Origin: TPA_inf: Saccharomyces
Taxonomy: Eukaryota
Direction: 5' to 3'
DNA: 64,000 bases
NCBI GenBank assembly: GCA_000146045.2
Contig: BK006943.2
Location: 32,001 to 96,000 of the forward strand
The notes beneath the pieces are model-generated. The model had not been told where the DNA came from. It did not search any database and was given only the letters and a program-made list of their open reading frames with translations. Position 1 is the stretch's first letter. Each line of letters opens with the position of its first letter. Below are positions 1 to 12,300 of the stretch, piece after piece. Position numbers and translations under genes: made by a program.

Positions 1-162
1 GGTGTCATTTCCAAGGTCGAATTTGGTTCTGAAAAGCCGGTAACCGTTGATGAAGTTGCCTTTGAAATTATTGACGGCACCGGTAAGTATGTCACTCCAG
101 GTCTGATCGACAGTCATGTCCACATTGCGTCGGTTGCAGGAGAGGCTGATCTGACCAAGTTA

Positions 163-1158
163 ATGCTGATGCCAAAGTCAGTTGCATTACTCAGAATAAG
201 ATACACTTTGGAAGCCGCTCTGGCAAGAGGTTTCACAACAGTGAGAGACTGTGGGGGTGCAGAAGGCTTTCTGAAAGCAGAGATTCGTCAGGGATCCTTG
301 AATGGTCCCAGATTAATTACGTGTGGACATGCCATTTCCCAAACTGGTGGTCATGGCGATCTGAGATCTGGTGCCCTACCTGCTAGTGCCTTTGACAGCT
401 GTTCATGCCACTTTGGTCAAGTTGGTGTTGTAGCAGATGGTGTTCCCGAATGCTACAAAGCGGCCAGAGAAGAGTTTAGAAGAGGTGCAGACTTTATTAA
501 GATTATGGGTGGTGGAGGTGTGGCCTCTCCAACTGACAAAATATCAAACAAACAATTTTGCGACGACGAAATAAAAGCACTTGTAGATGTCGCAAATAGT
601 TACCACACATACGTAACAGCACACGCCTACACTGCGGAAGCGATACAAAATTGTATCAAGTTAGGTGTTAAGGGTATCGAACACGGAAACTTATTAGATG
701 AACGTACCGCAGAGCTTATGGCAGAATTGGGTTGCTACTTGACTCCAACACTAGTTACCTACAAAGTGATGGGTTCTGATCAATTTAGTGCATTCTTGGG
801 ACCTGAAAATAGTAGAAAAAATACAGAGGTGCTTTACAAAGGAATTGATGCAATGAAAATTGCCCAGAAAAAAAAAGTTAAAATTTGTTTTGGTTCAGAT
901 TTATTGGGTCCTCTATATGGTTATCAAACGCAAGAGTTTCGTATTAGAGGGAAAGTTCAAACGACACAAGAGATTTTGCTCTCAGCAACTGTTACTCCTG
1001 CCGAAATGAACGGATTAGGCGATAAATTGGGACAGATTAAGCCAGGGTTCATTGCTGACCTACTGATGATGAAATCAAATCCGTTGGACGATATAACGAT
1101 TTTGGATGAACCCGAGAGCAACATACTATTTGTCATGAAAGAGGGAAGGATATATTGA
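163..1158 (+). CDS. YJL213W: Putative metal-dependent amidohydrolase (YJL213W-like). The ORF from the first ATG is 331 aa, but the reading frame is open upstream all the way to base 1.
   Basis: ORF track 163..1158. Bases 1..162 are in frame with no stop and encode ...[19 protein letters not shown]..., the amidohydrolase HxH metal-binding motif. Position immediately upstream of OPT1 fits YJL213W. Confidence 0.8.
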
Positions 1159-1849
1159 TGTAGTTATAGTTGTTTTCACAGTCAGCATTATTTCTGAATG
1201 CTAGAAGCCTTTTTTTTTTTGAAGTCATAATAAAATATTTGGCTTGTAAATTTAAGTATTGAAGTCAAAATATCCTACTTATATCACAGTGAAATGTGAG
1301 GTGGATATGGCCCTTTAGGGCCCTTAATTTTACAAGTTACAGAATCTTTTTTTTTTTTATAGCATTTGTAAGGTCCGTGTATTCAGAAAAAAATCCAAGC
1401 TTAAAAAAGTGTATATAACATTTGGTATCTGAAATACGGATCTATCATAAAATAGAACACCTCAAGGAGGTATAAATTTTAAAAGTTTTTTTATTGTATG
1501 CTCGTGCCCGTTTTTTCTTAAAGTCGGAATTTGTTATCGAACACTTGGCATGCGCTAAAGATCGTTAATTTACAAAAATAAGGCGGATGAGATGCCTCCG
1601 CTAAATATTGCAGGGGTCGCTTTGAATGTTTCGACCAAAATGTGCTCTAAAATATAGAAATATCATTATTAACAGTATAATTAAACGTTGAGATAAAGTA
1701 TTTCAAGTTAAGCAATATGAAAGGATGACAGAAAAGAAAATAATTTCTTAATATTACAGAATATGAACTAAAGTTTGCTATTACGTGTGCCAAATTTTGA
1801 ATTAAAACTTGATATGAACCTCTGCAGGTTTATTATTATGTTTTCATGA

Positions 1850-4249
1850 TTACCACCATTTATCATAACCAAATGTCTCACCTTTCTTTAAGGTATAAAA
1901 TTTTTTATAATCATTATCATACGTTCTTTTCCAAACGTTGTTTCCCCACCAGCTGAGCTTACCACCTGGGTACTGTACACACAAGAAGATGATGACGACG
2001 GAGATTGCCACACCTGCTTCAACACCGGCCCCCATGACGAAATTGTACTTATTGAACCAAGCTCTCCATCTTTTTCTTATCAAGTTTAGGCAGAATGACA
2101 TTGCAAAAAATAATGAGTAGTTATAAGGTGTGCTTGGTGGAATATTACCTGGGCCTGTGAAAAATACAGGAGTATGAATGTGCTTAGCAAATTTAAATTT
2201 AGGGAATTTCCATTGAACAGCATAAACGGCTAGTGGGAATAGCAAACCAATCAAGAAGAACCACATCAGCGGATTATAAATGCGCCCTGATGAGAAAAGA
2301 TACTTTGGCAAAGACCAGATAATGGAAGCATTGAAAACCGTGCGACCATTAGCACAAGTGAAGCCATTTGGTTGATCGGTGGTACATAAGCCATCGATAT
2401 TATGCATCATCCATTCCTGGACACCAACGTTAACCATGCCTGATATGATAGTGGCATAGATTTGAACGGCAAAGATCAAACGAGGGGAAACCTTCATGTA
2501 CATGGCTAATTTCAAATCTCTACTCAAATTCAAGCCTTGTCTCATGACAATAAATCCGTATAGCTTGAATAATAAGTTTGCCATTGGTCTTAAAGGCAGC
2601 ATATAACCGCAGATCAATTCTGTGATAATATTCAAACCTACGTGTTGGTTAGTCATTGCTTCCAAGATACCTTGCGGGATGAAATTTACAAGGGAAATTA
2701 ATATTGCAATAACAAATGCCCAAGCTGGGAACTTAGTATCGAAACAGCACACTGCTACAAATCCTAAACCGATCATGACAATCTGCAAAAGTAAATACCA
2801 CCAATCGGGACAATCCTTATAGTTCTTGGAGTAGATTCTCATGTGAATGTCAGTGCCACCATTTTTACGGTCTTTAAACTTGGCGACAATATCTTTACCG
2901 TGGTATAAGATGCAGTGGACAAAAACGGCGATAACAGCGGCAAAATTTAAAGCATACGACAAAAGATAGGAAAATGGAACGAATACCGGTGAGTATTCCT
3001 TATATTTCTCAAGATTAATGGAATAATCCTCGTTAAGAATCTTTGTTACGTTGTATTTGTTTTGAGTGTTGTCATAAGTAGAACCTGAAATGACGGGCAT
3101 GTATTTGGCATACCAGGTATTCGTAAAATAAAGACATGGCAGCACTATGACGAAGAATATCAACACTGATGCATAGGTGTTGGCGGAGACGTAGAATGGT
3201 GTGGCGAAAACAGAGCCGGACATGGCTTGGGAAACCTGGGTGTAGTCAAATGTAATTGGCAACGCACCGAGACCACTTTGAGTACCAAAGATTGTGTTAG
3301 CGATGAAATTGTGTCTTGTCTTCGACCCCCATAGGATAACGTTGAAATAGGACAGACCGGTAAAGAGGAATCCAGGTACCCAATACCAGATGAACGATCC
3401 GATAAGGACGATTAAGAAGAACCTGTAACGGGGCATCGTCCAACCATTTGCGACTGTCTTTTCAACTTTTCTCGAGTGCAACGAATCAAACAAGGACACT
3501 GAAATTAAAGTCTGAGGCCAGATAGAGCTTGCAGGGTTGACGACCCATCTTCTGGTAAGACCTGCAGCACCATAACCAATCATTTGAGATGTCCAAACCA
3601 ACAAGAACTGATATCCGACATTAAGTTTCATGTTGTAAAAGCTTCCCTGGGCGTTCAAAATGTACATAGCGTATGCAGTAGAGGAAGTAAGCGCCACGGC
3701 AATTGTGACCACGGCGTGTTCCTTTTTGGTAAATGGGCCCGGGTTTAAATCGAAAAATGGCACTTTAGAACACTTCCAGTCGGGCAAGAGAGCCAGTATC
3801 CTACCAATTGGGTAGCAAACAACTTGTGCAACAAGGAAGTTGATCTCTAGCGATGGATATCTCAGGGAAAAAAATTGATTAACACCGGCGAAAACTACCA
3901 CAAACACCGTGGTCAAGAACCACGTTCTCCAGTGGTTGAGGCGGATGGTGGGGTCATCCTCGATGGACACCGCCGATCTCACTTCAGGATATGGAGAATT
4001 GGGCAAGTATGTAGGGTCGCCCTTCCAAACGAGACCTTCCTCCTGTATGGAATGCCTGTCGAATTTTTGGCTTTCCGGATCGCGGTCCTCCTCATCAGTA
4101 GTCGCAGTGAGATTATTGACGTCCTCGTCAATATTCTTAACGAAAGCATCTTTCTTTTCCTCTTCCATATTGATCTGGATAGGAATGGTTGTTGGCGTTG
4201 GCGAGGGCTCCGACTCCAACGAGTCGCTCTCCCTATAAATGGTACTCAT
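1850..4249 (-). CDS. OPT1: Oligopeptide/glutathione transporter of the OPT family, 799 aa.
   Basis: 799-aa ORF with many predicted TM segments. The OPT-family NPGPF motif is present (FFDLNPGPFTKKEH). The acidic, Ser-rich N-terminus and the length match OPT1/HGT1 (YJL212C). Confidence 0.9.
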   Translation of the reverse strand: MSTIYRESDSLESEPSPTPTTIPIQINMEEEKKDAFVKNIDEDVNNLTATTDEEDRDPESQKFDRHSIQEEGLVWKGDPTYLPNSPYPEVRSAVSIEDDPTIRLNHWRTWFLTTVFVVVFAGVNQFFSLRYPSLEINFLVAQVVCYPIGRILALLPDWKCSKVPFFDLNPGPFTKKEHAVVTIAVALTSSTAYAMYILNAQGSFYNMKLNVGYQFLLVWTSQMIGYGAAGLTRRWVVNPASSIWPQTLISVSLFDSLHSRKVEKTVANGWTMPRYRFFLIVLIGSFIWYWVPGFLFTGLSYFNVILWGSKTRHNFIANTIFGTQSGLGALPITFDYTQVSQAMSGSVFATPFYVSANTYASVLIFFVIVLPCLYFTNTWYAKYMPVISGSTYDNTQNKYNVTKILNEDYSINLEKYKEYSPVFVPFSYLLSYALNFAAVIAVFVHCILYHGKDIVAKFKDRKNGGTDIHMRIYSKNYKDCPDWWYLLLQIVMIGLGFVAVCCFDTKFPAWAFVIAILISLVNFIPQGILEAMTNQHVGLNIITELICGYMLPLRPMANLLFKLYGFIVMRQGLNLSRDLKLAMYMKVSPRLIFAVQIYATIISGMVNVGVQEWMMHNIDGLCTTDQPNGFTCANGRTVFNASIIWSLPKYLFSSGRIYNPLMWFFLIGLLFPLAVYAVQWKFPKFKFAKHIHTPVFFTGPGNIPPSTPYNYSLFFAMSFCLNLIRKRWRAWFNKYNFVMGAGVEAGVAISVVIIFLCVQYPGGKLSWWGNNVWKRTYDNDYKKFYTLKKGETFGYDKWW

Positions 4250-4918
4250 GTGTTCTGTGACGTTATATAATTGTTGCGGTTATTTTCTGCCACACAGTCG
4301 AAAACTTTTTACCAAGAATACACAGCTTCCGATGATTGTCCATATATAGTCGAAACAATTCATTGAATAGCCCAAAATTTGAAAAAAAAAGAAAAATGAT
4401 GGGCACCCCATGATGATAAGAGCTCTCTTTCTTCAACAACGATTGCTAAGGCGTTTACAGACCCATCGACTGCCCTTGCAGTGGGTTTGATGTGATTAAC
4501 AGGCAGCAGCAACAAGCAACTGCTGAAAACCTTGGTGCCTTGCAGACGGCTATTGTCCTGGATTTTGTGTGACAAAACGTAGATGTGGCGTCTTGTAGTC
4601 GGAGGTGTGGCGGGCCGGAAAAATAGTGGAAAAAAAGAAAATTAATGCGATAGCGACGGGCAGGTAGGGAGGTTTGAGGGGTCCGTAGTATGCGTCTATC
4701 GTTGCAACAAGGGTGACTAATGCCATGTCTTGGCCTTTGATGCAACGTCTCGGAAGTTAGTATCGATCCGAGGAGTGGAACGGATGCGATTTCCCCTCCA
4801 TTCTATCGATAAGGTTGCTGGGAAACGCATTATAAGGGATGAGTGAAGACGGAGGGAAAGCATAACGAGGAGAGATTGCCGAGATAACTGAGAAGACGTA
4901 ATCTAAAGGCAACGCAGC

Positions 4919-5734
4919 ATGTCTCGAGTTGCACAGCTCGACTCGATAGCGCTTGATAAAGAATTGTATGGACAGTTTTGGTCCGAGTTCAATGCAGCAT
5001 TCAATACGAGTGAACACAAAGAGGAATGGGAGTTGGCACTGAACACAGTTGTGTTTATGTGCGCGACGAGGTTCCTGCCACACTATGGCTCTAGCTGTAC
5101 GTATGGATCCGCACTCAGTGGCGTGGTTTTTCAGTGCAGGAAACGCACCTTGTATGTCGTCACTGTCTTGGCAGGGTACGTGTGGAAGAAGATCACACAT
5201 ATTATTTTTAATGGGCCGCACTGTGGGAACCAGATGATGTGGCTGAAGCTGTACAAATGGGTTAATTTATTGTATCACGGCTGTGATGTAACCAACTTCC
5301 TGAGGTTTCTAGCAGCGGAAGGGCCCAATGCGAGGGCGTTTTTGTCGCCGTTATACCGGGCTTTTAATGTCCATTCCACAAGGTTGATTCGGGATGGTTC
5401 TGCAATTGCCTCTGAATTTTATTCGAACTCTGTATTCGCTGGGTTAGAATACCAGAATAGACAATTGCTATGGAATGCACTATTAGAACTCTTTTCCAAT
5501 ACACTACTTACGAAAAGAGGACTCTTGACCTTTGTTAAAAAACCACCAAGGTCTCGTTCTACGACTACTTATAAGACAGTTTGCCCCCGTTGCGGCGGTT
5601 TTCCAACCAACCCATACCAGATCGCTTGTTGTCGTGCGAACTACTGTTACGTGTGCGTTGTAAAGGCGTTGGAGTGGTCTATGTGCGATGCCTGTGGATC
5701 CTCTGGGAGACTGACCGCCTCACCAGTGTACTAA
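4919..5734 (+). CDS. PEX2: Peroxisomal RING-finger peroxin, 271 aa.
   Basis: C-terminal C3HC4 RING (CPRCGG...CCRANYCYVCVV...CDACG). Size and synteny match YJL210W. Confidence 0.85.
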   Translation: MSRVAQLDSIALDKELYGQFWSEFNAAFNTSEHKEEWELALNTVVFMCATRFLPHYGSSCTYGSALSGVVFQCRKRTLYVVTVLAGYVWKKITHIIFNGPHCGNQMMWLKLYKWVNLLYHGCDVTNFLRFLAAEGPNARAFLSPLYRAFNVHSTRLIRDGSAIASEFYSNSVFAGLEYQNRQLLWNALLELFSNTLLTKRGLLTFVKKPPRSRSTTTYKTVCPRCGGFPTNPYQIACCRANYCYVCVVKALEWSMCDACGSSGRLTASPVY

Positions 5735-6004
5735 AGGGCCCCGTTCCCTCGCTTGTATCTCTATATATGTGTATACTATATTCATATTCATGTTGTCAAA
5801 ATCGGTCACGTGGTAAAGGGTCTGGTTTTTTTTTTTTCACTTTCTGCTCAAGAAAAAAAAGAAACAATAAAGAAGTGGTATAATATCATCATGGAACGCT
5901 GTACGGGACGATGTGGGAAGCGACGTCTGAAATCCAGTAATAATAAACAGTGAGCACTTTAGGATAGCAGTAGTTTGCATTTTGCACGTTTCCCTTTCCA
6001 TGCA

Positions 6005-7969
6005 ATGTTTTTACCTCGTCTCGTTCGGTACAGGACCGAGAGGTTTATAAAAATGGTACCTACCAGGACCTTGCGACGAATCAACCACAGCAGCAGGGAT
6101 CCAATTCAAAAACAGGTCTTGGCCCTTATCAAAGCAAATGCGAATTTAAATGACAATGACAAGTTGAAAATACGGAAATATTGGTCTGACATGGCGGACT
6201 ACAAAAGTCTTCGGAAACAAGAAAATAGCTTACTGGAAAGCTCTATATTACACGAGGTCAAGATCGAAGATTTCATCAGTTTCATCAATCGCACAAAAAC
6301 CTCATCTATGACTACAAGAGGAATTTATAGAAGAGAATGTTTGTACCAATGCAAGAAAAACTTGGATCTAGTCAATCAAGTGGTCTCCCAAGTTTCATCC
6401 GTAAGACATCAAAAGCCCTTGACTACGCAATTGGATACTATGCGCTGGTGTGTTGATGATGCCATCGGCACAGGAGACATAGTTATGGCTGCCGACCTTT
6501 TCCTGCTGTACTACAGATTATTTACAGATGATAAAAAGCTAGACGAACAATATGCTAAGAAAATAATATCAGTATTAGCGTACCCAAACCCACTGCATGA
6601 TCATGTTCATCTAGTCAAATATTTACAACTGAACTCTCTGTTCGAAAGTATAACCGGAGGCGGAATAAAGTTAACGAGGTTTCAATTAGAAACTCTTTCT
6701 AATAAGGCCCTCGGCTTAAGTAATGAAGCCCCGCAATTATGCAAGGCTATACTGAACAAACTGATGAATATAAACTATTCTTTGACTAACGATTTGAAGC
6801 TTCGGGATGATCAAGTGCTGCTTGCGTACAAGTCCATTGATGAAAATTATAGAAGAGGAAATGTTGCAAGTGTGTATTCTATTTGGAACAAAATCAAAGA
6901 GCACTATGTTTCCATTTCTGCACATGATTCCAGAATCATTTATAAAGTCTTCAAGATTTGTACCCATAATAGAGCCTATAGATCTATATGTAGCGAAATG
7001 TTTTGGCAATTAACTCCAGAGTACTATTGTAATAACCCTTTGATATTACCGGCAATTATTGACTTCATTACAAAGCAAGACTCTTTAACAATGGCCAAGG
7101 AACTCATGCAGAACATTAACAGATACACTTTACCCGAAAACCATCATATTGTCTGGCTTAACAAGAGATGTCTTTCTTCATTGCTAAGAATGCATTTGAA
7201 ATTTAACGATTCTAACGGTGTAGATAGGGTTTTGAAGCAAATAACAACAAATTTCAGGGCGCTTTCGCAAGAAAATTATCAAGCAATAATTATTCACCTT
7301 TTCAAAACACAAAACCTCGATCATATCGCTAAGGCAGTCAAATTACTCGATACTATACCCCCCGGACAAGCAATGTTAGCCTATGGGTCAATAATTAACG
7401 AAGTAGTTGATTGGAAATTGGCTTCAAAGGTCAAGTTCACCGATAATTTGATGGCACTTGTAAACGATTTGTTGACGAAGGCACATGATTTTGATCCTGA
7501 CCACAGAAACTCTCTTTGGAATGTGGTTTCCGCTTTATACATTAAAAAACTTTGTCATTATAAAAAGCGAGATGGTAAATTTGTTGCCAATGCCAAGAAG
7601 GATATCGATTTGGCAAAACTACTTTATATAAATGCTGCAAAGAGAAGTAAAACATACTGGACAAAATCGAACTGTAACCCATTCATTGCATCCTCCCCAT
7701 GTGATGTCAAATTAAAAGTGAATAATCAAAACAGGTTTACTATTTTAAGGAATATTGCATTAAGCGCACTGCAGATAGGAAGAACAGACATTTTTCTTTG
7801 GGCGTGCGCAGAACTATACCAGAACGGTATGACGATTGAGGAATTGAAGTTAGACTGGAATTTCATCTTAAAACATCAAATTAGAAATTCAGAGTTCAAA
7901 ACAAACAAGGAGATCATACAAGATATTAAAAAGCATGGTGTGTCGGCTGTCAAACGTTACTTAAGATGA
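6005..7969 (+). CDS. CBP1: Mitochondrial COB mRNA stability/processing factor, about 654 aa from the second ATG. The longest ORF starts at 5975.
   Basis: The 664-aa ORF 5975..7969 has an in-frame Met at codon 11, which gives the 654-aa length I recall for CBP1 (YJL209W). Basic N-terminus typical of mitochondrial targeting. Synteny. Confidence 0.8.
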   Translation: MFLPRLVRYRTERFIKMVPTRTLRRINHSSRDPIQKQVLALIKANANLNDNDKLKIRKYWSDMADYKSLRKQENSLLESSILHEVKIEDFISFINRTKTSSMTTRGIYRRECLYQCKKNLDLVNQVVSQVSSVRHQKPLTTQLDTMRWCVDDAIGTGDIVMAADLFLLYYRLFTDDKKLDEQYAKKIISVLAYPNPLHDHVHLVKYLQLNSLFESITGGGIKLTRFQLETLSNKALGLSNEAPQLCKAILNKLMNINYSLTNDLKLRDDQVLLAYKSIDENYRRGNVASVYSIWNKIKEHYVSISAHDSRIIYKVFKICTHNRAYRSICSEMFWQLTPEYYCNNPLILPAIIDFITKQDSLTMAKELMQNINRYTLPENHHIVWLNKRCLSSLLRMHLKFNDSNGVDRVLKQITTNFRALSQENYQAIIIHLFKTQNLDHIAKAVKLLDTIPPGQAMLAYGSIINEVVDWKLASKVKFTDNLMALVNDLLTKAHDFDPDHRNSLWNVVSALYIKKLCHYKKRDGKFVANAKKDIDLAKLLYINAAKRSKTYWTKSNCNPFIASSPCDVKLKVNNQNRFTILRNIALSALQIGRTDIFLWACAELYQNGMTIEELKLDWNFILKHQIRNSEFKTNKEIIQDIKKHGVSAVKRYLR

Positions 7970-8193
7970 ACGGCCAAACGCACATTTACGATATAAATAA
8001 CAAAGCAAATAATAACAAAACAAATTTCTGTAAATATATACTAAATCCAAGCATTGCATCCTAATTCTTTTCTTTTTTTGATCATCAAATAAATGTATTA
8101 TTTTATGTTATATGCGTTAGACTTGTTATATTCTTTCATGCTATTCTATCGTTGTGTTATGAATTAATTTATATTTACAGTTTTTCAGTACAT

Positions 8194-9183
8194 TCAATTC
8201 CTTTTTTTTGGAGGAGGTAACAATTTCACATCTTTCGATTGTTTGATCGCCGCGTTAGAGAAATCTCTCACTACAATTTGACAATTTACCTCTTTGCATA
8301 ATGCCTTCTTCTTTGAAGGTGGTACTTTTTGCAGAAGTTCTAGCCCAGTACTTCTCTCTAAAGCATCTATAGGAACTTCAAAGTCAGTCAATTTCGTCTC
8401 ATTTGATATCGGTTCGTTTGGCAATACAAATGCCGCGACAGCAATATCCTCTCTAGCAGGATTGGCTGTTGGTGCTTCTGCAACAATCAATTTAAAAAAG
8501 TGCGTTGGAACAGCAATACTGGGTGGATTGCCAATAACTTCATAATTAACCCTAAATTTATTATCTATGGGATCCTTTTTGGGTAGATACAATGGACCAG
8601 TCACGATTCTTACACTCTTATATTTCTTAGTCAATCCCCTACAAAAGTACTCCAAATGCGCCCAATAGTCTCTATTAAAACCTTCTCCTACTTGAGGACA
8701 CATATTGGATAAGTAGAATGTATCATCCATGGCCTGTTGAGAAAATTTTGCGTCTGCAGCTGGGGCTTGATGGCCTCGATCATAGCCCGACCTAAAATAG
8801 TCTCTTAGTTTACCTCTAAACTTTTCTGGAATTACTTCATCTTCCTTGAAAAAGGAATTTTTTCTGTCAGCATTCCTTGCAGCCAATGATTCTGGCGTTA
8901 TATGTTCGAGGACCCAATAAGGATTTTGAGTTTGTCTGTTGTAACATGAGATAAACTCTTCGCGGTTCTGCAGATCATGAATCGGACCAGGAAAACCATA
9001 CTTGAAGAACCCGGAAGGATCGACGTTGAAAGAGTGAGATTGAATATTACTATTAGGTTTCTGGGTAGGTGGATAAGGTGTCTCAATGATTTGCGTTGGA
9101 GAATGTTTGTTCAAAAGAAGATAGGTTAAGCCAGTACCAGCACCCAGTCCGACTAAACCGGACAAGAGTATCCTACTGCACAT
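8194..9183 (-). CDS. NUC1: Mitochondrial nuclease of the endonuclease G family, 329 aa.
   Basis: DRGH active-site motif (SGYDRGHQAPAAD) and an N-terminal hydrophobic segment. Size and position match YJL208C. Confidence 0.9.
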   Translation of the reverse strand: MCSRILLSGLVGLGAGTGLTYLLLNKHSPTQIIETPYPPTQKPNSNIQSHSFNVDPSGFFKYGFPGPIHDLQNREEFISCYNRQTQNPYWVLEHITPESLAARNADRKNSFFKEDEVIPEKFRGKLRDYFRSGYDRGHQAPAADAKFSQQAMDDTFYLSNMCPQVGEGFNRDYWAHLEYFCRGLTKKYKSVRIVTGPLYLPKKDPIDNKFRVNYEVIGNPPSIAVPTHFFKLIVAEAPTANPAREDIAVAAFVLPNEPISNETKLTDFEVPIDALERSTGLELLQKVPPSKKKALCKEVNCQIVVRDFSNAAIKQSKDVKLLPPPKKRN

Positions 9184-9388
9184 GATAACTTTAACTTTGG
9201 GATCTAATAAGTGGGGAACTTAACTAAATGTTCTTATCTTTATACAATTGTAACTCTATAAAAACTAACAAATTACTTGATGAGTGACCAATAACCAATT
9301 GCACCATTGATATTTTTTCACAGATTTTATTTTTTTTTTCTTTTTTCGCGATGAGTTTTATTTCCGTGCATATGCATCCGACTTGCAA

Positions 9389-12300
9389 TTAGTCGAAAGA
9401 TTTCAGTTGAAAGGCCTCTTCGACAGAGCCCAAAGACTGCGATTTAACGTATGCCTCCATCACGGAACCTATAATTGCTTTTTGTTGAGGACTTATAGTG
9501 CTAGAAATGGCTTCTTTAAATGAATTTTTGTCCAATTTAGCCAAAGCAACTATGCCACTTGCTACTTCGTTGTCTATTTTCTCTGTATATGCGCTATGAT
9601 ATGCGGCAAAGAAAGAAAGACATAAAGCAATTGACAATGATGCCTTTTGGTGATCTTGTTTGATTACTTCCTCGGAAAACTGAATTATCAACTTAGTTTT
9701 AATGCTTGCCTGCGATAAGGAATCGTTTGTTTGAATATCTTGAAAGAATCTTTTTATAACCAACTTCATAAAATACTGCAACAACGGGTATTTGAAAATA
9801 TTAGATATTATTCTCTTGAAGCCTTGTAGAGCAATTGGCTGCGTAGCAGGATTATTCAATGCCTCCGAGAGAATATTTGCGCACTGATTCAGTTCCTGAA
9901 AACTTAGCTTAGAGTATCCATTAGACAGCAAGATCAAAATGGTTGCAACTTTATTCTTTGAATCCAGCTTATGATAAATAACATCTTTTATTGACCCGTA
10001 GAATATTTCTAGTAACACAATATTTTTTTCGTCCTCAGATTCCGTAAGCGCTTTTACTAGTGCCTTGAAAAGTGGGAGTATGATTGGAATTATTACTTCA
10101 CGATGACTACATTCATAAATTTTCCCTATGATGAATAAAAGACATGAATAAAGATCTACTTTGAACATATTGTCGAAGTTACTGATATTTGATTCGAACG
10201 CAATAAATGTTTTTTTCAACAGACTAATATCTGTGGGAGAGATTTTTATTTCATTATCATCTTCTTCGCTGGTAAGCACGTTATACTTAATAAATGGCAA
10301 CCTCTCAGAAATAATTGTCATCAGTAGTCGCAGTAGCTCATATAGTTTGTCAATATCTTGTAGAAATGTTTCAGGAGTAGCATTACACTTCGAATACCCA
10401 ATGATCAAGTCACTGATGATATCAACAAGCAAAAATTCTTCTTTACTGTCGCCTGTAGAAATCAGTCTGTCCATAATCTCAACAACTTCAGTAATAATAT
10501 CATCCTCAAATATACTTTTTATGCACAGATTGCTCTTCAAAACATTGTGTAAAGCCGGTAAAACTTGCATCTTGACTGAATGATCATCAATATTTTTGAC
10601 GATAGCCTCCAAACATTGGCTAAATAAAATAAAAAGAAAATACTCTAATTCCTCATCGTTAAGAGATGCCAAAATGACTTGAACGTCTGAATCCAGAGTG
10701 CACCCAAGGGCCTCTACGAAATTTAACCAGACCGGTTCATATAACTCAATTTTCGTACTTCTTGGTTCAATGAGACTATTTTCTTTCGAGTCATTCTTTA
10801 CTTGCACAGTAGAATCATTATCGTTATACTTTATCATCATGTATTCACGTAAAGAAATGATCCATAATGGGACTAAAATGCTCCAATATTTCCTGGTAAA
10901 AGAGAAAAGCGCATCATTTGACGACGTGATGGATCTTTGCACTACCTCAGCCCACGCATCCAAAACGGCAAGTTCAATTTTTCTTTTCGCTTTGGGTGTA
11001 ACGATTATAGCTTCCCCTATCCGTATACCGGAATTAGGATCTTTAAAGTTACCAAGAAGGTCAATTAGTAATTGTGAAATTCTTCCCAATTTATCTGGTG
11101 GCATTATATTCGATGCCAACACTTCAGCAGCAACAGTAATAGCAAAGGACATTACAGTAGGTGAGCTTCCTTTACTAAAAGCAGGCATTAATGCGCTAGT
11201 TATTTGGGCCTCTTGCTGTTCTAAAATCGACGATCCAGGAACCTGAGGATCTCTCATGGTGGAGTAGTTCTTGAGAACAAAATTCAAAATGTGTAGTCCC
11301 GTTAACTTCATGCCTTCATTCCTCACTGTAGATCCACGAAATGATATTTTAATGAGATCTGCAATTTTGTTGCTGAGGGCAAGGAGCAGATTTTCATATT
11401 TTTCGGATTCTAAGCACAACATTAATATTAAATTTAAGATAATCTGTCTGCTCTTCCATTGCAGGTTCTCAGAGTCGAGACCACCAGCATCTGTGTCAGT
11501 CAGTTGGTTAACATTCGCTATTGATTCTTCTTCTTCGCCTTTAATTTCCTTTTCTGAAGATTTTTTTAGGCCATTTACCTCTAGTAGGGCTGAAACGTCT
11601 CTGTTATAGCTTTGGAAGAGTCTTCCTAAACTCATATTAAATATTGAGTATAATTTATCGAACCAATGATTATCTCTTTTGAAAGTATGTAATATCCATT
11701 CGGTAAAATAATTCTTGACAGAACCGGAATTTGGAAAAAGTGCGAGATATCTCCAGCTCAAATTTTCCATTTCTTTCATGAAAAATTCCTCCATCTGTAA
11801 TTTGTACAACAACGTCAATAAATCAAAGTTTTCAAAGGCGCCTTTCAGACTTGAAGTTCGAGAAATGAGTTCATTTGAGCCCGTGAATGTAGTGTCAAAA
11901 TATGATGAGCCTATTCCAGTCACTATTGAACTTTTAATTATGCTCTTAGAAGCAAGAATAAAGATTTCATAGTTTAGAATGTTTTTCATTTTAAAAGTAG
12001 CTATGTTTTCAAACATTTTAATGCTGGTTATGCTGTTGAGAATATTATTTGAAATTAACATGGAGAGTGTAATGTTTCTGAACGAATCAAGAACCTTGGT
12101 GTTAAGTTCTAGAAAATTTGGCCCCACAGTTTCAGTCAATGTCCTTGAAATTTCACCGATTGCTACGTGAGAATTAAAGTCCCTATTATAGTTACAGCGA
12201 AGAGTAGAGCGTCCGTAAATACCATACTTATCCTGGACCAAAAGCTCTTCCATAGAACTTAGCAACAGAGCTGCCGTCTTTAAATCAATCACTAAATGTT

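Noticed and set aside
4757-5221. 154-aa minus-strand ORF overlapping the 5' end of PEX2 (YJL211C-type)
   Set aside because: It is completely antisense to the conserved PEX2 coding region and has no recognisable motif. I class it as a dubious overlapping ORF, as I do the ORFs at 21943..22290 (antisense to the PRP21 3' end), 37241..37942 (antisense to the CDC6 5' end), 44202..44510 (over the RPL39 intron and exon 2), 53435..53752 (over the RBH1 start) and 27856..28182 (in the LTR flank).
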